64,000 nucleotides of DNA, from assembly GCA_947466535.1 (NCBI GenBank), contig CANIEV010000001.1, forward strand, positions 12,941 to 76,940. The letters are read 5' to 3'. The number at the start of each line of letters is the position of its first letter. Position 1 is the first letter of the stretch. A program made the position numbers and the translations under genes. The DNA is from Betaproteobacteria bacterium (GTDB taxonomy: Bacteria; Pseudomonadota; Gammaproteobacteria; Burkholderiales; SG8-39). This document shows positions 22,391-31,600 of the stretch, piece after piece. A model generated the notes under the pieces. That model saw nothing but the letters and a program-made list of their open reading frames with translations. It did no database searches and was not told the origin of the DNA.

Positions 22391-23080
22391 ATGCCAAGAC
22401 GAATTGCACTTGTCGAAGACGACCCCGCGCTGCGCGCGAACTATTCCGACGCGCTCGGGAAGCACGGCTTCGATGTTGCCGCCTACGCCGCGCGCGATGA
22501 GGCGATGCGCGCTTTCCGCACGCGCCTTCCGGATCTCGCGATTCTCGACATCGGCCTGGGCGACGAATACGACGGCGGCTTCGCGTTGTGTCGTGACCTG
22601 CGCGCGCTCTCGGCGACCCTGCCCATCCTGTTTCTCACCGCGCGCGACAGCGACTTCGACGTGGTGAGCGGGCTGCGCATGGGCGCAGACGATTACCTCA
22701 CCAAGGATGCGAGCCTGCCGCACCTGCTCGCGCGCATCGCGGCGCTGATGCGCCGGGTGGAGGCTCTGCGCGCTCCGCCGCCGGATGAGGATATCGTCGA
22801 GCGCGGTCCGCTGCGGCTGGATCTCAAGCGCATGCTTGCCACCTGGGGCGGCAAGCCGGTGGAACTCACGCTCACCGAATTCTGGATGGTGCATTCCCTC
22901 GCGCGCCATCCCGGGCACGTCAAGACGCGCGAGCAGCTGATGCGCGATGCCGAACTCGTGATCGAGGAGGACAGCGTCACCTCGCACATGAAGCGTGTCC
23001 GCCGGAAGTTTCTCGCGGTCGACGCGAGCTTCGATGCGGTCGAAACCGTCTACGGCATGGGTTACCGCTGGACGGGCTAG
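22391..23080 (+). CDS. OmpR/PhoB-family response regulator
   Basis: Receiver domain (RIALVEDDP...AILDIGLGDEYDGGF...LTARDSDFD...KDAS) plus a winged-helix output domain (LTLTEFWMVHSLARHPGHVKTREQL...VETVYGMGYRW). Start at ATG 22391. Confidence 0.92.
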   Translation: MPRRIALVEDDPALRANYSDALGKHGFDVAAYAARDEAMRAFRTRLPDLAILDIGLGDEYDGGFALCRDLRALSATLPILFLTARDSDFDVVSGLRMGADDYLTKDASLPHLLARIAALMRRVEALRAPPPDEDIVERGPLRLDLKRMLATWGGKPVELTLTEFWMVHSLARHPGHVKTREQLMRDAELVIEEDSVTSHMKRVRRKFLAVDASFDAVETVYGMGYRWTG

Positions 23081-24060
23081 GTCGTGACAGGTACGGGTTT
23101 GTCCGCGGCCGGTTCGTCCGCGCGATGCCTGCCGGTGACGATCGCCATGCCGGTCGCCCACTCGGGGATCATCGCGTGAAAGTGCTCGGTGGAGGAGAAC
23201 GCGCCCGACGCCCGCATTGCCGCGAACGCCGCGACCCAGCATCGCACCTCGTGTCCGCCAAAACCCGCTTCGCGATCGACATCCGCATCGCTCCAGTCGT
23301 CGAAGGCTTCGAGCTTTTGTGCGAGCAGCGGGGTGAGAAATCGGCGGTCCCAGTCGCGGCTGGGCGGCAGTATCGATACACCGCCACGCGCGAGCACCCG
23401 GCAGGCCTCGATCACGCGGCCCTGCTGCGTGTCGTAGTCCTGCTTGCTGAGTGTGCGACGGTCGATCAGCCGGTCCGCGATTTCCTTCGGCGCGTTGCCG
23501 ATGCGCGGTGTCGGCGGATCGTGCGACAGGCCGCCCGAACCGATGATCGCGATTCGCTTGGCCTCGAGCGTGGAAAGAAATTTCCCGACCGCTTCGCCAA
23601 GCAGACGCGTGCGGCGAAAATCCGGGCGCGGATCGGCGGCACAGTTGATCACCACCGGCAGCACCGGATAACGGTCGAGCCCGCCGGTAAGCTTGTGCAG
23701 CGGTATCGTGGTGCCGTGGTCCACCTTCATCCGGTAGGACACCGCTGTGTCGATGCCGGCGCGATGCACGTGCCGCACGCAGGCGAGCGCCAGTTCCTTC
23801 GGCACGTTCAACTTGCCCGGTGGCAGGTCCCAGTCGCGCGTGCTCTCGGCCTCCACGCCGATGCAGAACGAAGGCATCAGGTCATAGAACAGCCCGTTGA
23901 AATGATCCGGACCGAACACCACCAGCAGATCGGGCCGGTACTCGGCAAGCGCCTTCGCACAGTCGTCGACGCCGGCGTGGAACGCGTCGTGCTTCGCCGG
24001 ATCGGTGGCTTCGATGCCGCTCAGCATCAGCGGGCTGTGGGACAGGCAGAGCAGGAGCAT
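23077..24060 (-). CDS. Class III extradiol dioxygenase, MhpB-like (2,3-dihydroxyphenylpropionate 1,2-dioxygenase family)
   Basis: LCLSHSPL, VVFGPDHFNGLFYDLMPSFCIG, VDHGTTIPL, GSGGLSHDPP and HEVRCWVAAFAAM closely follow the E. coli MhpB sequence as I remember it. Confidence 0.8.
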   Translation of the reverse strand: MLLLCLSHSPLMLSGIEATDPAKHDAFHAGVDDCAKALAEYRPDLLVVFGPDHFNGLFYDLMPSFCIGVEAESTRDWDLPPGKLNVPKELALACVRHVHRAGIDTAVSYRMKVDHGTTIPLHKLTGGLDRYPVLPVVINCAADPRPDFRRTRLLGEAVGKFLSTLEAKRIAIIGSGGLSHDPPTPRIGNAPKEIADRLIDRRTLSKQDYDTQQGRVIEACRVLARGGVSILPPSRDWDRRFLTPLLAQKLEAFDDWSDADVDREAGFGGHEVRCWVAAFAAMRASGAFSSTEHFHAMIPEWATGMAIVTGRHRADEPAADKPVPVTT

Positions 24061-24171
24061 GGGGGTGACTTTCGTCTACGGCGTACCAGGGCATTTTACG
24101 ATAACGCGCTGTTACCCTATCCGGCGATGCACGTCGTTTCATCAATATTGTTGCGGCGCTAAAAGCACCTC

Positions 24172-25863
24172 ATGGCGCGGCGCCTCCCCGGCTTCAACCT
24201 TCGCACCAAGCTCGCGCTGGTGTCGCTGGTTCTGCTCGCGCTTCCATGGGCAGGCTGGAACTATGTGCGCGAGATGGAGCGCTTCCTGCTCGAAGGCCAG
24301 GAGCAGACGCTGCTTGCAACTGCGCGAGCAGTGTCCACTGCCCTGCACGACCGGCCGCAACTCATGCAACTGCAACCGCCCGTGGGTACAGAACTGCGGG
24401 ACACCGAACTCAGGCGCCAGGCGGAAGAGGAACTGCGTCGCCTTGCTGCCGAGCGTGGTGAACCGATGCCGCCCGCAGATGCTGCAGTTCCCTCGGGCGA
24501 TGTGCTCGGCCGCGAATCCGAGCCACCGCCTGCCGCCGGCGCGGTGGAAATCGACGCGATCCTGCGCGGCGTGCAGCGTTCCACCGCGCGCCTGTGGGTG
24601 GTGAATCGCGACTACCGCGTGCTCGCCCTCGCCGGCAAGCTCGCGCGCGCGCCGGAGCCGGACGGTGACATGGGTATGGCGTCGCGTGCACTCGGCTGGT
24701 TGTTGCAGTCGCCGAACGAAAATTTCGACGATGCGCGTCCGGAGGATGTGCTCGCGACCGGCAAGGAAATAGCGCAGGCGATCCAGGGCTCGCCCGCGAC
24801 GCGCGTGCGTCGCACCGCGGACAATCGCGCGGTGGTGGTGTCGGCCGCGCATCCGATCTGGGCGGGCGACCGCGTCGTCGGCGCGGTGGTCGCGGAAGAA
24901 ACCACCAACGCGATTCTCTCGGTGCGCACCCGCGCGCTCGAGCGTCTGGTGTTGATCACGCTCACCGTGTTTGCGCTTGCAGCAGCGGTGCTCGGCTGGT
25001 TTGCGACGCGGATCTCCAATCGGATCCGCGCCTTGCGCGACGAAGCCGAGGGCGCGATCGATGCGCGCGGACGTCTCACGAGTGTTGCTCAGGAACGCGT
25101 GGCGGCGCGGCTCGCGGCCGCGGGCGAATCGGACGAGATCGGCGACCTGTCGCGCAGCTTCTCCGCGATGCTCGCTCGGCTTGCCCAGCACAATGCCTAT
25201 CTCGAGACGCTCGCCAGCCGGCTGTCGCACGAACTGCGCACCCCGGTCGCGGTGGTGCGCTCGTCGCTGGAGAACCTCAAGCTCGCGCGTTCATCAGAAG
25301 AAGCGCGTCCCTACGTCGAGCGCGCGGAAGAAGGGCTCGCTCGGCTGTCCACGATCCTCAACCGGATGACCGAGGCGACGCGGCTGGAGGCGAGCCTGCA
25401 GACCGCTGAACGGGAGCACTTCGATCTGAACGCGGTGGTTACGGGCTGCGTCAACGGCTATCGGCTTGCCTACCCGCAGCATCGAATCGACCTGGACAGC
25501 GTGGAGCCCGGCATCGTCATCGACGGATCGCCGGATCTCCTTGCGCAGCTGTTGGACAAGCTGGTGGCCAACGCCGCCGACTTCTCGCCGGCGGAATCGC
25601 CTATCGCAATTACGATCGCCAACGCGGGCGATGCAGTGGAATTGTCGGTCGCAAACAAGGGGCCGCTTCTGCCCGAGGAACTGCAGGGGCGCCTGTTCAA
25701 TTCGATGGTGTCTGCCCGCAAGGAGGGCGCCGCCGTGGCGCCGCATCTTGGCCTGGGCCTTTATGTCGCGCGGCTGATCGCGGAGTTTCACCGCGGAACG
25801 ATTCGCGCGGAAAACCTTCCGGACGCCGACGGCGTTCGCGTGACATTGACCCTGCCGCGCTGA
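24172..25863 (+). CDS. Sensor histidine kinase (membrane-anchored, large periplasmic domain, HAMP, HisKA, HATPase)
   Basis: Two TM segments flank a roughly 230-aa extracytoplasmic region. H-box LSHELRTPVAVV, N-box LVANAADFS and G-box GLGLYVARLIAE are present. Confidence 0.92.
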   Translation: MARRLPGFNLRTKLALVSLVLLALPWAGWNYVREMERFLLEGQEQTLLATARAVSTALHDRPQLMQLQPPVGTELRDTELRRQAEEELRRLAAERGEPMPPADAAVPSGDVLGRESEPPPAAGAVEIDAILRGVQRSTARLWVVNRDYRVLALAGKLARAPEPDGDMGMASRALGWLLQSPNENFDDARPEDVLATGKEIAQAIQGSPATRVRRTADNRAVVVSAAHPIWAGDRVVGAVVAEETTNAILSVRTRALERLVLITLTVFALAAAVLGWFATRISNRIRALRDEAEGAIDARGRLTSVAQERVAARLAAAGESDEIGDLSRSFSAMLARLAQHNAYLETLASRLSHELRTPVAVVRSSLENLKLARSSEEARPYVERAEEGLARLSTILNRMTEATRLEASLQTAEREHFDLNAVVTGCVNGYRLAYPQHRIDLDSVEPGIVIDGSPDLLAQLLDKLVANAADFSPAESPIAITIANAGDAVELSVANKGPLLPEELQGRLFNSMVSARKEGAAVAPHLGLGLYVARLIAEFHRGTIRAENLPDADGVRVTLTLPR

Positions 25864-25895
25864 GCTTGCCTCGGTCGTGGGGGGGGCGTTCCCGC

Positions 25896-26138
25896 TCAGC
25901 CGTAAGGCCGGGTCACCGACAGGCGCACAACCAGGCCGATGCGATCGGCGGCATCGACCAGCTTGTCCAGGCTGATCAGGTCGAGTTCGCCCGCGCGAAT
26001 CCCGGCCCAGCGCGCACGCGACAGGCCGAGCTGCCGGGCTTCGGCGCTGTGATTGGGCAGGCCGAGGGTTTCAACGCGCGCGACAAGCGCGTCGGCAATC
26101 TGCTTGCGAAAGTTGCGGCTGAGGGGTTTTTTGGCCAT
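25896..26138 (-). CDS. Small XRE-type HTH DNA-binding protein (antitoxin-like), no adjacent toxin gene
   Basis: 80 aa with the HTH around ARQLGLSRARWAGIRAGE and the tail LDKLVDAADRIGLVVRLSV. AAGGAG SD upstream. Confidence 0.65.
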   Translation of the reverse strand: MAKKPLSRNFRKQIADALVARVETLGLPNHSAEARQLGLSRARWAGIRAGELDLISLDKLVDAADRIGLVVRLSVTRPYG

Positions 26139-26414
26139 GTTTGCGAACTCCTTGAGGCGAGTATGTACCAGAAATATACGCTATTTATCCGCTTTCAGGC
26201 GCCGGCCGTGGCCTTTTGAAAAAAATGTTCGAGATTTACCCATTGGCGAACGGGGTTGTGCTGTCGGCGCCGAACCGTGCCGGGCGCTACAATGCCTGCC
26301 GGTGGTGTCCGAAACCGAGTCCGGGACGCGCGCAACGCCCTTCCCGGCCCGAACCTGATTGAATCCTGACCCTCACGTGATTGTTCCCGTCTACCCGATC
26401 GCATCACTTCGCGC

Positions 26415-27929
26415 ATGACTCCGCGCGTGAATGCAAACCGCTACGACCTGCTGGTGATCGGTGGCGGCATCAACGGCGCCGGCATCGCGCGCGATGCCGC
26501 AGGGCGCGGACTCAAGGTGCTGCTGGTGGAGCGCGGTGATCTCGCGGGTGCGACATCGTCGGCCTCCACCAAACTCATCCACGGCGGTCTGCGCTACCTT
26601 GAGCACTACGAATTCCGGCTGGTGTCCGAGGCGCTCACCGAACGCGAGGTGCTGATGCGTGCCGCGCCGCACATCATCTGGCCGCTGGAATTCGTGCTGC
26701 CGCACGAGCCGCACCTTCGCCCTGGCTGGATGATCCGCACCGGGCTGTGGTTGTACGATCGGCTCGGCGGCGAATCGAAGCTGCCGCGCTCCCGCTCGGT
26801 ACGGCTTGCCCCCGCGGGATTCGGCGCCGGGCTGAAACCGGAATTCACCCGCGGTTTTGTCTATGCCGACGGCTGGGTGGACGATGCCCGGCTGGTGATG
26901 CTCAACGCGCGTTCGGCGGCGGACCATAGCGCCGAGATCCTGACCCGCACCGAGTTTCTCTCGGCGCGCGCGGACGGGGACGGCTGGCTTGCCGCGATCC
27001 GTCCGCCGGGCGATGTGGAGAACGGTGTCGGCGCGCAGACGGTGTCGGCGCGCGCGATCGTCAATGCCGCCGGGCCCTGGGTGAAGCAGGTGATGGAACG
27101 CCGCCTTGGCCAGACACCCCGGGGGAACGTGCGTCATGTGAAGGGCAGTCATATCGTGGTGCCGCGGCTGCACCAGCAACGGCACGCGTTCCTCCTGCAG
27201 AACCCGGACCGGCGCATCGTGTTCGTGATTCCCTACGAGCGCGACTTCACACTCATCGGCACAACCGACGTTCCGGTCACCGCGCGTGATCTCGACACCG
27301 GTATCACGCCGCAGGAAATCGCCTACCTGTGCGAAGCGGCGAGCCGCTACACCGCGCGGCCGATCACGCCCGAATCGGTGGTGTGGAGCTACAGCGGCGT
27401 GCGGCCGCTGTACGACGACGGCACCGACGACCCGTCGTCGGTCACGCGTGACTATCACTTCGAACTCTCGGAATCGGGGCCGCCCCTGCTCTCGGTGTTC
27501 GGCGGCAAGATCACCACCTACCGGCGTCTCGCGGAAGCGGCGCTGGAACTCCTCGCGCCGGTGTTCGGCGAAACGAAGGCCTGGACACGCGACGCGCCCC
27601 TGCCGGGCGGCGATTTCGCCGACCAGGGTTTCGATGCCCTGTTTGCGGAGCTCTGCGAACGGCACCCGCATCTGCCGGGACTGTTGCTTGCACGCCTCAC
27701 ACGGCGCCACGGCACGCTTGCGGGACGCGTGATCGAAGGCGCGGTGAGCGAGGCGGATCTCGGTCGCGATTTCGGCGGCGGGCTGTACGAGGCCGAAGTG
27801 CGCTGGCTGATCGCGCACGAATGGGCGCGCGAGCCCGATGACATTCTCTGGCGTCGCACCAAGTGCGGCCTGCACATGAGTGCTATTCAACGCCAACAGT
27901 TTGCCGATGCGATGAAGGACCTGACTTGA
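26415..27929 (+). CDS. glpD: Aerobic glycerol-3-phosphate dehydrogenase
   Basis: YDLLVIGGGINGAGIARDAAGRGLKVLLVE, ATSSASTKLIHGGLRYLE and a conserved C-terminal domain over 504 aa. Confidence 0.93.
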   Translation: MTPRVNANRYDLLVIGGGINGAGIARDAAGRGLKVLLVERGDLAGATSSASTKLIHGGLRYLEHYEFRLVSEALTEREVLMRAAPHIIWPLEFVLPHEPHLRPGWMIRTGLWLYDRLGGESKLPRSRSVRLAPAGFGAGLKPEFTRGFVYADGWVDDARLVMLNARSAADHSAEILTRTEFLSARADGDGWLAAIRPPGDVENGVGAQTVSARAIVNAAGPWVKQVMERRLGQTPRGNVRHVKGSHIVVPRLHQQRHAFLLQNPDRRIVFVIPYERDFTLIGTTDVPVTARDLDTGITPQEIAYLCEAASRYTARPITPESVVWSYSGVRPLYDDGTDDPSSVTRDYHFELSESGPPLLSVFGGKITTYRRLAEAALELLAPVFGETKAWTRDAPLPGGDFADQGFDALFAELCERHPHLPGLLLARLTRRHGTLAGRVIEGAVSEADLGRDFGGGLYEAEVRWLIAHEWAREPDDILWRRTKCGLHMSAIQRQQFADAMKDLT

Positions 27930-28546
27930 ACGCCAATGACAACGCGCCAGCTCTCGAATTCTGGTTCGAGTTCGCGAGCACCTATTCGTATATCGCCGCC
28001 GAACGCATCGTCGACCTCGCAGCGAAGGCCGGCGTGCGCGTGGCCTGGAAACCCTTCCTGCTCGGGCCGATCTTCCAGGCGCAGGGCTGGAACGATTCGC
28101 CCTTCAACCTGTATCCGGTGAAGGGCCGCTACATGTGGCGCGACATGGAGCGCCTGTGCGCGCGCCACGGCCTCCCGTTCGCAAAGCCTGCCCTGTTTCC
28201 CCAGCGCAGCATTCTTGCTGCGCGCCTTGCGCTCGCGCTCGAGCATGAGCCGCGGTGCCCGGCCTTCGTCCGCGGGGTCTACCGCGCGAATTTCGCGCAG
28301 GGCCGCAACATCGGCGAGCACGCCGTCATGGAGGCCGCGCTTGCGGAAGCGGGCCTGGATCCTGCGCATTGGATCGCCCGTGCCGAGACGGTGAAGGACG
28401 CGCTTCGAGCGCAGAACGAACGCGCGGTGCAGGTCGGCATCTTTGGCGCGCCGAGTTTTGTCAGCGGCAACGAGATTTTCTGGGGCAACGACCGACTGGA
28501 GGATGCAGTGGCATGGCATGCCGAGGTCACGCGGGGCGCCCGTTGA
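27926..28546 (+). CDS. 2-hydroxychromene-2-carboxylate isomerase family protein (DsbA-like thioredoxin fold)
   Basis: LEFWFEFASTYSYIA, the WKPFLLGPIF region and GAPSFVSGNEIFWGNDRLEDA. The probable TTG start at 27926 overlaps the glpD stop; the ORF is open from 27863. Confidence 0.8.
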   Translation: MNANDNAPALEFWFEFASTYSYIAAERIVDLAAKAGVRVAWKPFLLGPIFQAQGWNDSPFNLYPVKGRYMWRDMERLCARHGLPFAKPALFPQRSILAARLALALEHEPRCPAFVRGVYRANFAQGRNIGEHAVMEAALAEAGLDPAHWIARAETVKDALRAQNERAVQVGIFGAPSFVSGNEIFWGNDRLEDAVAWHAEVTRGAR

Positions 28547-29340
28547 TGGAATGGCTCGGCTATTACCTCGCGCTCGGTGCGTTCGTCGGTTTTTTCGCGG
28601 GGATGCTCGGCATCGGCGGCGGTGGGGTGATGGTGCCGCTGCTGGTCTGGCTGCTCGAGGCGCAGGGCATGCCGCGCGATACGGTGCTGCATCTGTCTGT
28701 CGGCACCTCGATGGCCACCATCCTGTTTACCTCTGCCTCGAGCGTTCGTGCGCACTCGGCGCGCGGCGCCGTGCGTTGGGATATCGCATGGCGCATGACA
28801 CCGGGCATCCTGATCGGCGGCCTTGTCGGTTCGGCGATAGCCAATGTGATTCCGACGGTGTTGTTCGCGGCGCTTTTCACCGTCATGGTGTATGCCGCGT
28901 CGGGCAACATGCTCATCGACCGCAAGCCCAAACCTTCGCGCACCGTGCCGGGGCCGATAGGCGCCTCCGCTGTGGGCTTTGGGATCAGCGCGGTGTCGGC
29001 TTTCGCCGCGATCGGAGGCGCCTTCATCACCGTGCCCTTCATGCTGTATTGCAATGTGCCGATGATGCAGGCGATCGGCACTGCGGCGGTGGTGGGTTTC
29101 CCGATCGCGCTCGCGGGAACGGTGGGATTCATCGTCGGCGGCTGGGGGTCGCCGGTGCTGCCTGCCTGGAGCCTGGGGTATGTGTACCTGCCGGCACTTG
29201 CCGGCATCACCGTGGCGAGCGTTCTGTTCGCGCCGCTCGGCGCGATGGCGGCGCACAAGCTGCCGACCAAGATCCTCAAGCGCATCTTCGCAGTGCTGCT
29301 GTTCGTGTTCGCCACCAAGATGCTGGTTGGCATGCTGTAG
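28546..29340 (+). CDS. TauE/SafE (DUF81) family anion exporter membrane protein
   Basis: MEWLGYYLALGAFVGFFAGMLGIGGGGVMVPLL plus repeated hydrophobic segments. The ATG overlaps the upstream TGA. Confidence 0.85.
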   Translation: MEWLGYYLALGAFVGFFAGMLGIGGGGVMVPLLVWLLEAQGMPRDTVLHLSVGTSMATILFTSASSVRAHSARGAVRWDIAWRMTPGILIGGLVGSAIANVIPTVLFAALFTVMVYAASGNMLIDRKPKPSRTVPGPIGASAVGFGISAVSAFAAIGGAFITVPFMLYCNVPMMQAIGTAAVVGFPIALAGTVGFIVGGWGSPVLPAWSLGYVYLPALAGITVASVLFAPLGAMAAHKLPTKILKRIFAVLLFVFATKMLVGML

Positions 29341-29352
29341 CCAGGCGGCGGA

Positions 29353-30699
29353 TCAGGCAATCTCGATCGGTGTTGGCGAGAGTGCACGGTCGATCCACCC
29401 GGCAAGTTCGATCAGGCGCGCGTCACTGCCCACCGGGCCGACTACCTGCAGGCCCATCGGCATCGCGTGGGGGCCGGTGAATGCGGGCAAGGTCAGCGCA
29501 GGTCCGTGCATCATTGTCCACAGCGGGCAGAAGCTCTGGTCTTCGAGCCCCGTGAGGTTCTGCGACGCTTCACCCGCGGATGCAGGCGTGATCAGCACAT
29601 CCACCTGTGCAAATACCGGGGCGAGCTGCGCACGACATTCCGCCGCGTGATGTTTCGCCGCCTCGTACCTTGCGCTATCGAGTGTCGCAATTTTTGCCGC
29701 GAATTCACGTAGCCAGGGATTCATCGTGGCGGCGTGATCCCGCAGTTCGCGTTCAAGGGCGAGCGCACCTTCCCAGGCAGTGATGACGGTGAAGGTTTCC
29801 ATCGCCGCATCGAAGCAGCGGGGCAACTCGATCGCCAGAAGCTCCGCTCCGGCATCGAGCAGGCGCACCTCGGCGATCCCGAAGGCCCGCTTCGTTTCTT
29901 TGCGTGCACGCAACCAGTCGGCGGTCCGGCACACGCCGATGCGTGGCGGCGCAGTCGCGGCGCGGGTGTCATTGCCTGTTCCCGTCATTGCACTGCGCAT
30001 AAGCGCGAGATCATCGAGCGAGCGCGCAAACAGGCCGAGCGTATCGAGCGATGGCCGCAGGTGGCGTATGCCGCCGCGGTCCAGACCGTCGAGCGAGGCC
30101 TTGATGCCGTAGATGCCGCAGTAAGTGGCGGGCCGGATGATCGAGCCGCCGGTCTGAGTGCCTATAGCCAGCGGCACCATGAAGTCGGCCACCGCTGCGG
30201 CCGAGCCGCTGGACGAAACGCCCGGCGTGCGCGTGAGATCGTGCGGATTGCGCACGCCGATCGGCCAGGGACTGGCGAACTCGGTGGTCGCGGTCTTGCC
30301 GAGGATCACCGCACCGGCGCGTCGCAGCGCGGTCACACAGGCGGAATCGCGTGCGGGCCGGTCACCCTTGTAGATGGACGAGCCGTGCGCCGTCGGAAAG
30401 TCGCAGGTATCGAGCACATCCTTGATGCCGACCGGGATGCCATGAAGAGCGCTGCGCGGGCCGGCGCGTTCAAGTTCGCGATCGAGCGTCCGCGCCTGCT
30501 CGAGCGCATGGGCTTCGTCGATGCTCACCCACGCGCCGATCCGCGGATCCCGGGCGCGGATGCGCGCAAGGCAGTCGGCAACGAGATCTTGGGCGCGAAG
30601 TTCGCCGGAGGCGATTCGCGTGGACGCTTCGGTCGCAAAGAGAAGATTCGAGCCGGCGGGGCCTGCGTTGCGTAGATCGCTCATAGGTTTGGGGTCCAT
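29353..30699 (-). CDS. Amidase-signature family amidase
   Basis: GKTATTEFA (catalytic Lys region), GVSSSGSAAAVA and GTQTGGSIIRPA (Ser-cisSer) motifs over 448 aa. Confidence 0.9.
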   Translation of the reverse strand: MDPKPMSDLRNAGPAGSNLLFATEASTRIASGELRAQDLVADCLARIRARDPRIGAWVSIDEAHALEQARTLDRELERAGPRSALHGIPVGIKDVLDTCDFPTAHGSSIYKGDRPARDSACVTALRRAGAVILGKTATTEFASPWPIGVRNPHDLTRTPGVSSSGSAAAVADFMVPLAIGTQTGGSIIRPATYCGIYGIKASLDGLDRGGIRHLRPSLDTLGLFARSLDDLALMRSAMTGTGNDTRAATAPPRIGVCRTADWLRARKETKRAFGIAEVRLLDAGAELLAIELPRCFDAAMETFTVITAWEGALALERELRDHAATMNPWLREFAAKIATLDSARYEAAKHHAAECRAQLAPVFAQVDVLITPASAGEASQNLTGLEDQSFCPLWTMMHGPALTLPAFTGPHAMPMGLQVVGPVGSDARLIELAGWIDRALSPTPIEIA

Positions 30700-30776
30700 T
30701 TGGAAAGAGATGCTCGCGATTCAAATTGTGCGGTCGGCGGCTGCTCGGTGCCGACGGTCATCGCAACGCACCGGCC

Positions 30777-30804
30777 TTGACCAGGAGCCACCGTTATTTA
30801 TAAT
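30777..30804 (+). promoter_or_regulatory. Sigma70-like promoter TTGACC-16 nt-TATAAT upstream of the GntR/oxygenase operon
   Basis: TTGACC at 30777-30782 and a perfect TATAAT at 30799-30804, 54 nt upstream of the ATG at 30858 in an AT-rich patch. Confidence 0.5.
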
Positions 30805-30857
30805 TATGAACGCAGAATCAAGAGTTCAAAAGCCAGTCCGAGCAGTGGAGACAGATA

Positions 30858-31547
30858 ATGAACAATAAAATCATAAGTTTGGCGCTTTTCGAGGAAGTGG
30901 CCGAGCGTATCCGTAACCGGATTTTTTCCCAGGAATTGATGCCGGGGGACCGGATCGACGAGCAGCTCCTGACCCGGGAATTCGGCATCAGCCGCACGCC
31001 GTTGCGCGAGGCGCTCAAGGTTCTGCAGGCCGAGGGCCTGGTGACGCTGGTGCCGCGGCGCGGCTGTTTCGTGGCGCAACTCAACGAGCGCGATCTCGAC
31101 GACATCTACGCAACCGTCGCCCTGCTCGAATCGCGCTGCGCCGCCGAAGTGGCGAGCACCCGCAACGAAGCGGACCTCAAGCGGCTGCGTCTTGTGCTGA
31201 ATAAACTCGAACAGACCGCGGCGTCGGGAACCCTTCAGCGCTACGCCGAAGCCAACACCGAAATGCACGAGGCGATGCAGGACATCGCGGGTAACCGCTG
31301 GCAGAAGGAAATCCTTCAGGACCTGCGGCGGATATTGAAACTTTCCCGCGGCCTGACCATCGGGCTGCCCGGCCGGCTTGAGGATTCGCTGCGCGAGCAC
31401 GCTGAACTGCTCGATGCGATCGAGCAGCGCGACGCGGCACGGGCGGAAACGGTCATGCACTCGCATGTGCTGCGCCAGCGCGAGGCATTGCGCCAGATGC
31501 AGGACGAGCGGTCGGCGCCGACGGCGCTGCACGCGGCCAACACCTGA
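30858..31547 (+). CDS. GntR-family transcriptional regulator (FadR/FCD subfamily)
   Basis: N-terminal winged HTH (LTREFGISRTPLREALKVLQAEGLV) plus an all-helical FCD C-terminal domain. Confidence 0.92.
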   Translation: MNNKIISLALFEEVAERIRNRIFSQELMPGDRIDEQLLTREFGISRTPLREALKVLQAEGLVTLVPRRGCFVAQLNERDLDDIYATVALLESRCAAEVASTRNEADLKRLRLVLNKLEQTAASGTLQRYAEANTEMHEAMQDIAGNRWQKEILQDLRRILKLSRGLTIGLPGRLEDSLREHAELLDAIEQRDAARAETVMHSHVLRQREALRQMQDERSAPTALHAANT

Positions 31548-31600
31548 ACCGATTCAGGGCGTACCCACCGTAATTCACCGGTTTGCGGGAGGCATCGAAC

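Noticed and set aside
25879-25886. G8 homopolymer between the histidine kinase and the XRE gene (possible phase-variation tract)
   Set aside because: It lies in a 32-nt gap between two convergent stop codons, outside any coding region or promoter. Length changes would have no obvious consequence.
26391-27896. 501-aa minus-strand ORF opposite glpD
   Set aside because: It is an antisense shadow of a clearly identifiable glpD and has low-complexity Arg/Ala/Pro-rich composition. The same reasoning applies to other long antisense ORFs: 22271-23242, 23125-24162, 24142-25230, 28279-29256, 31316-33076, 33052-34416, 35806-37014, 38606-39562, 42013-43023, 47238-48695, 54241-55179, 57270-58235 and 59068-60285.
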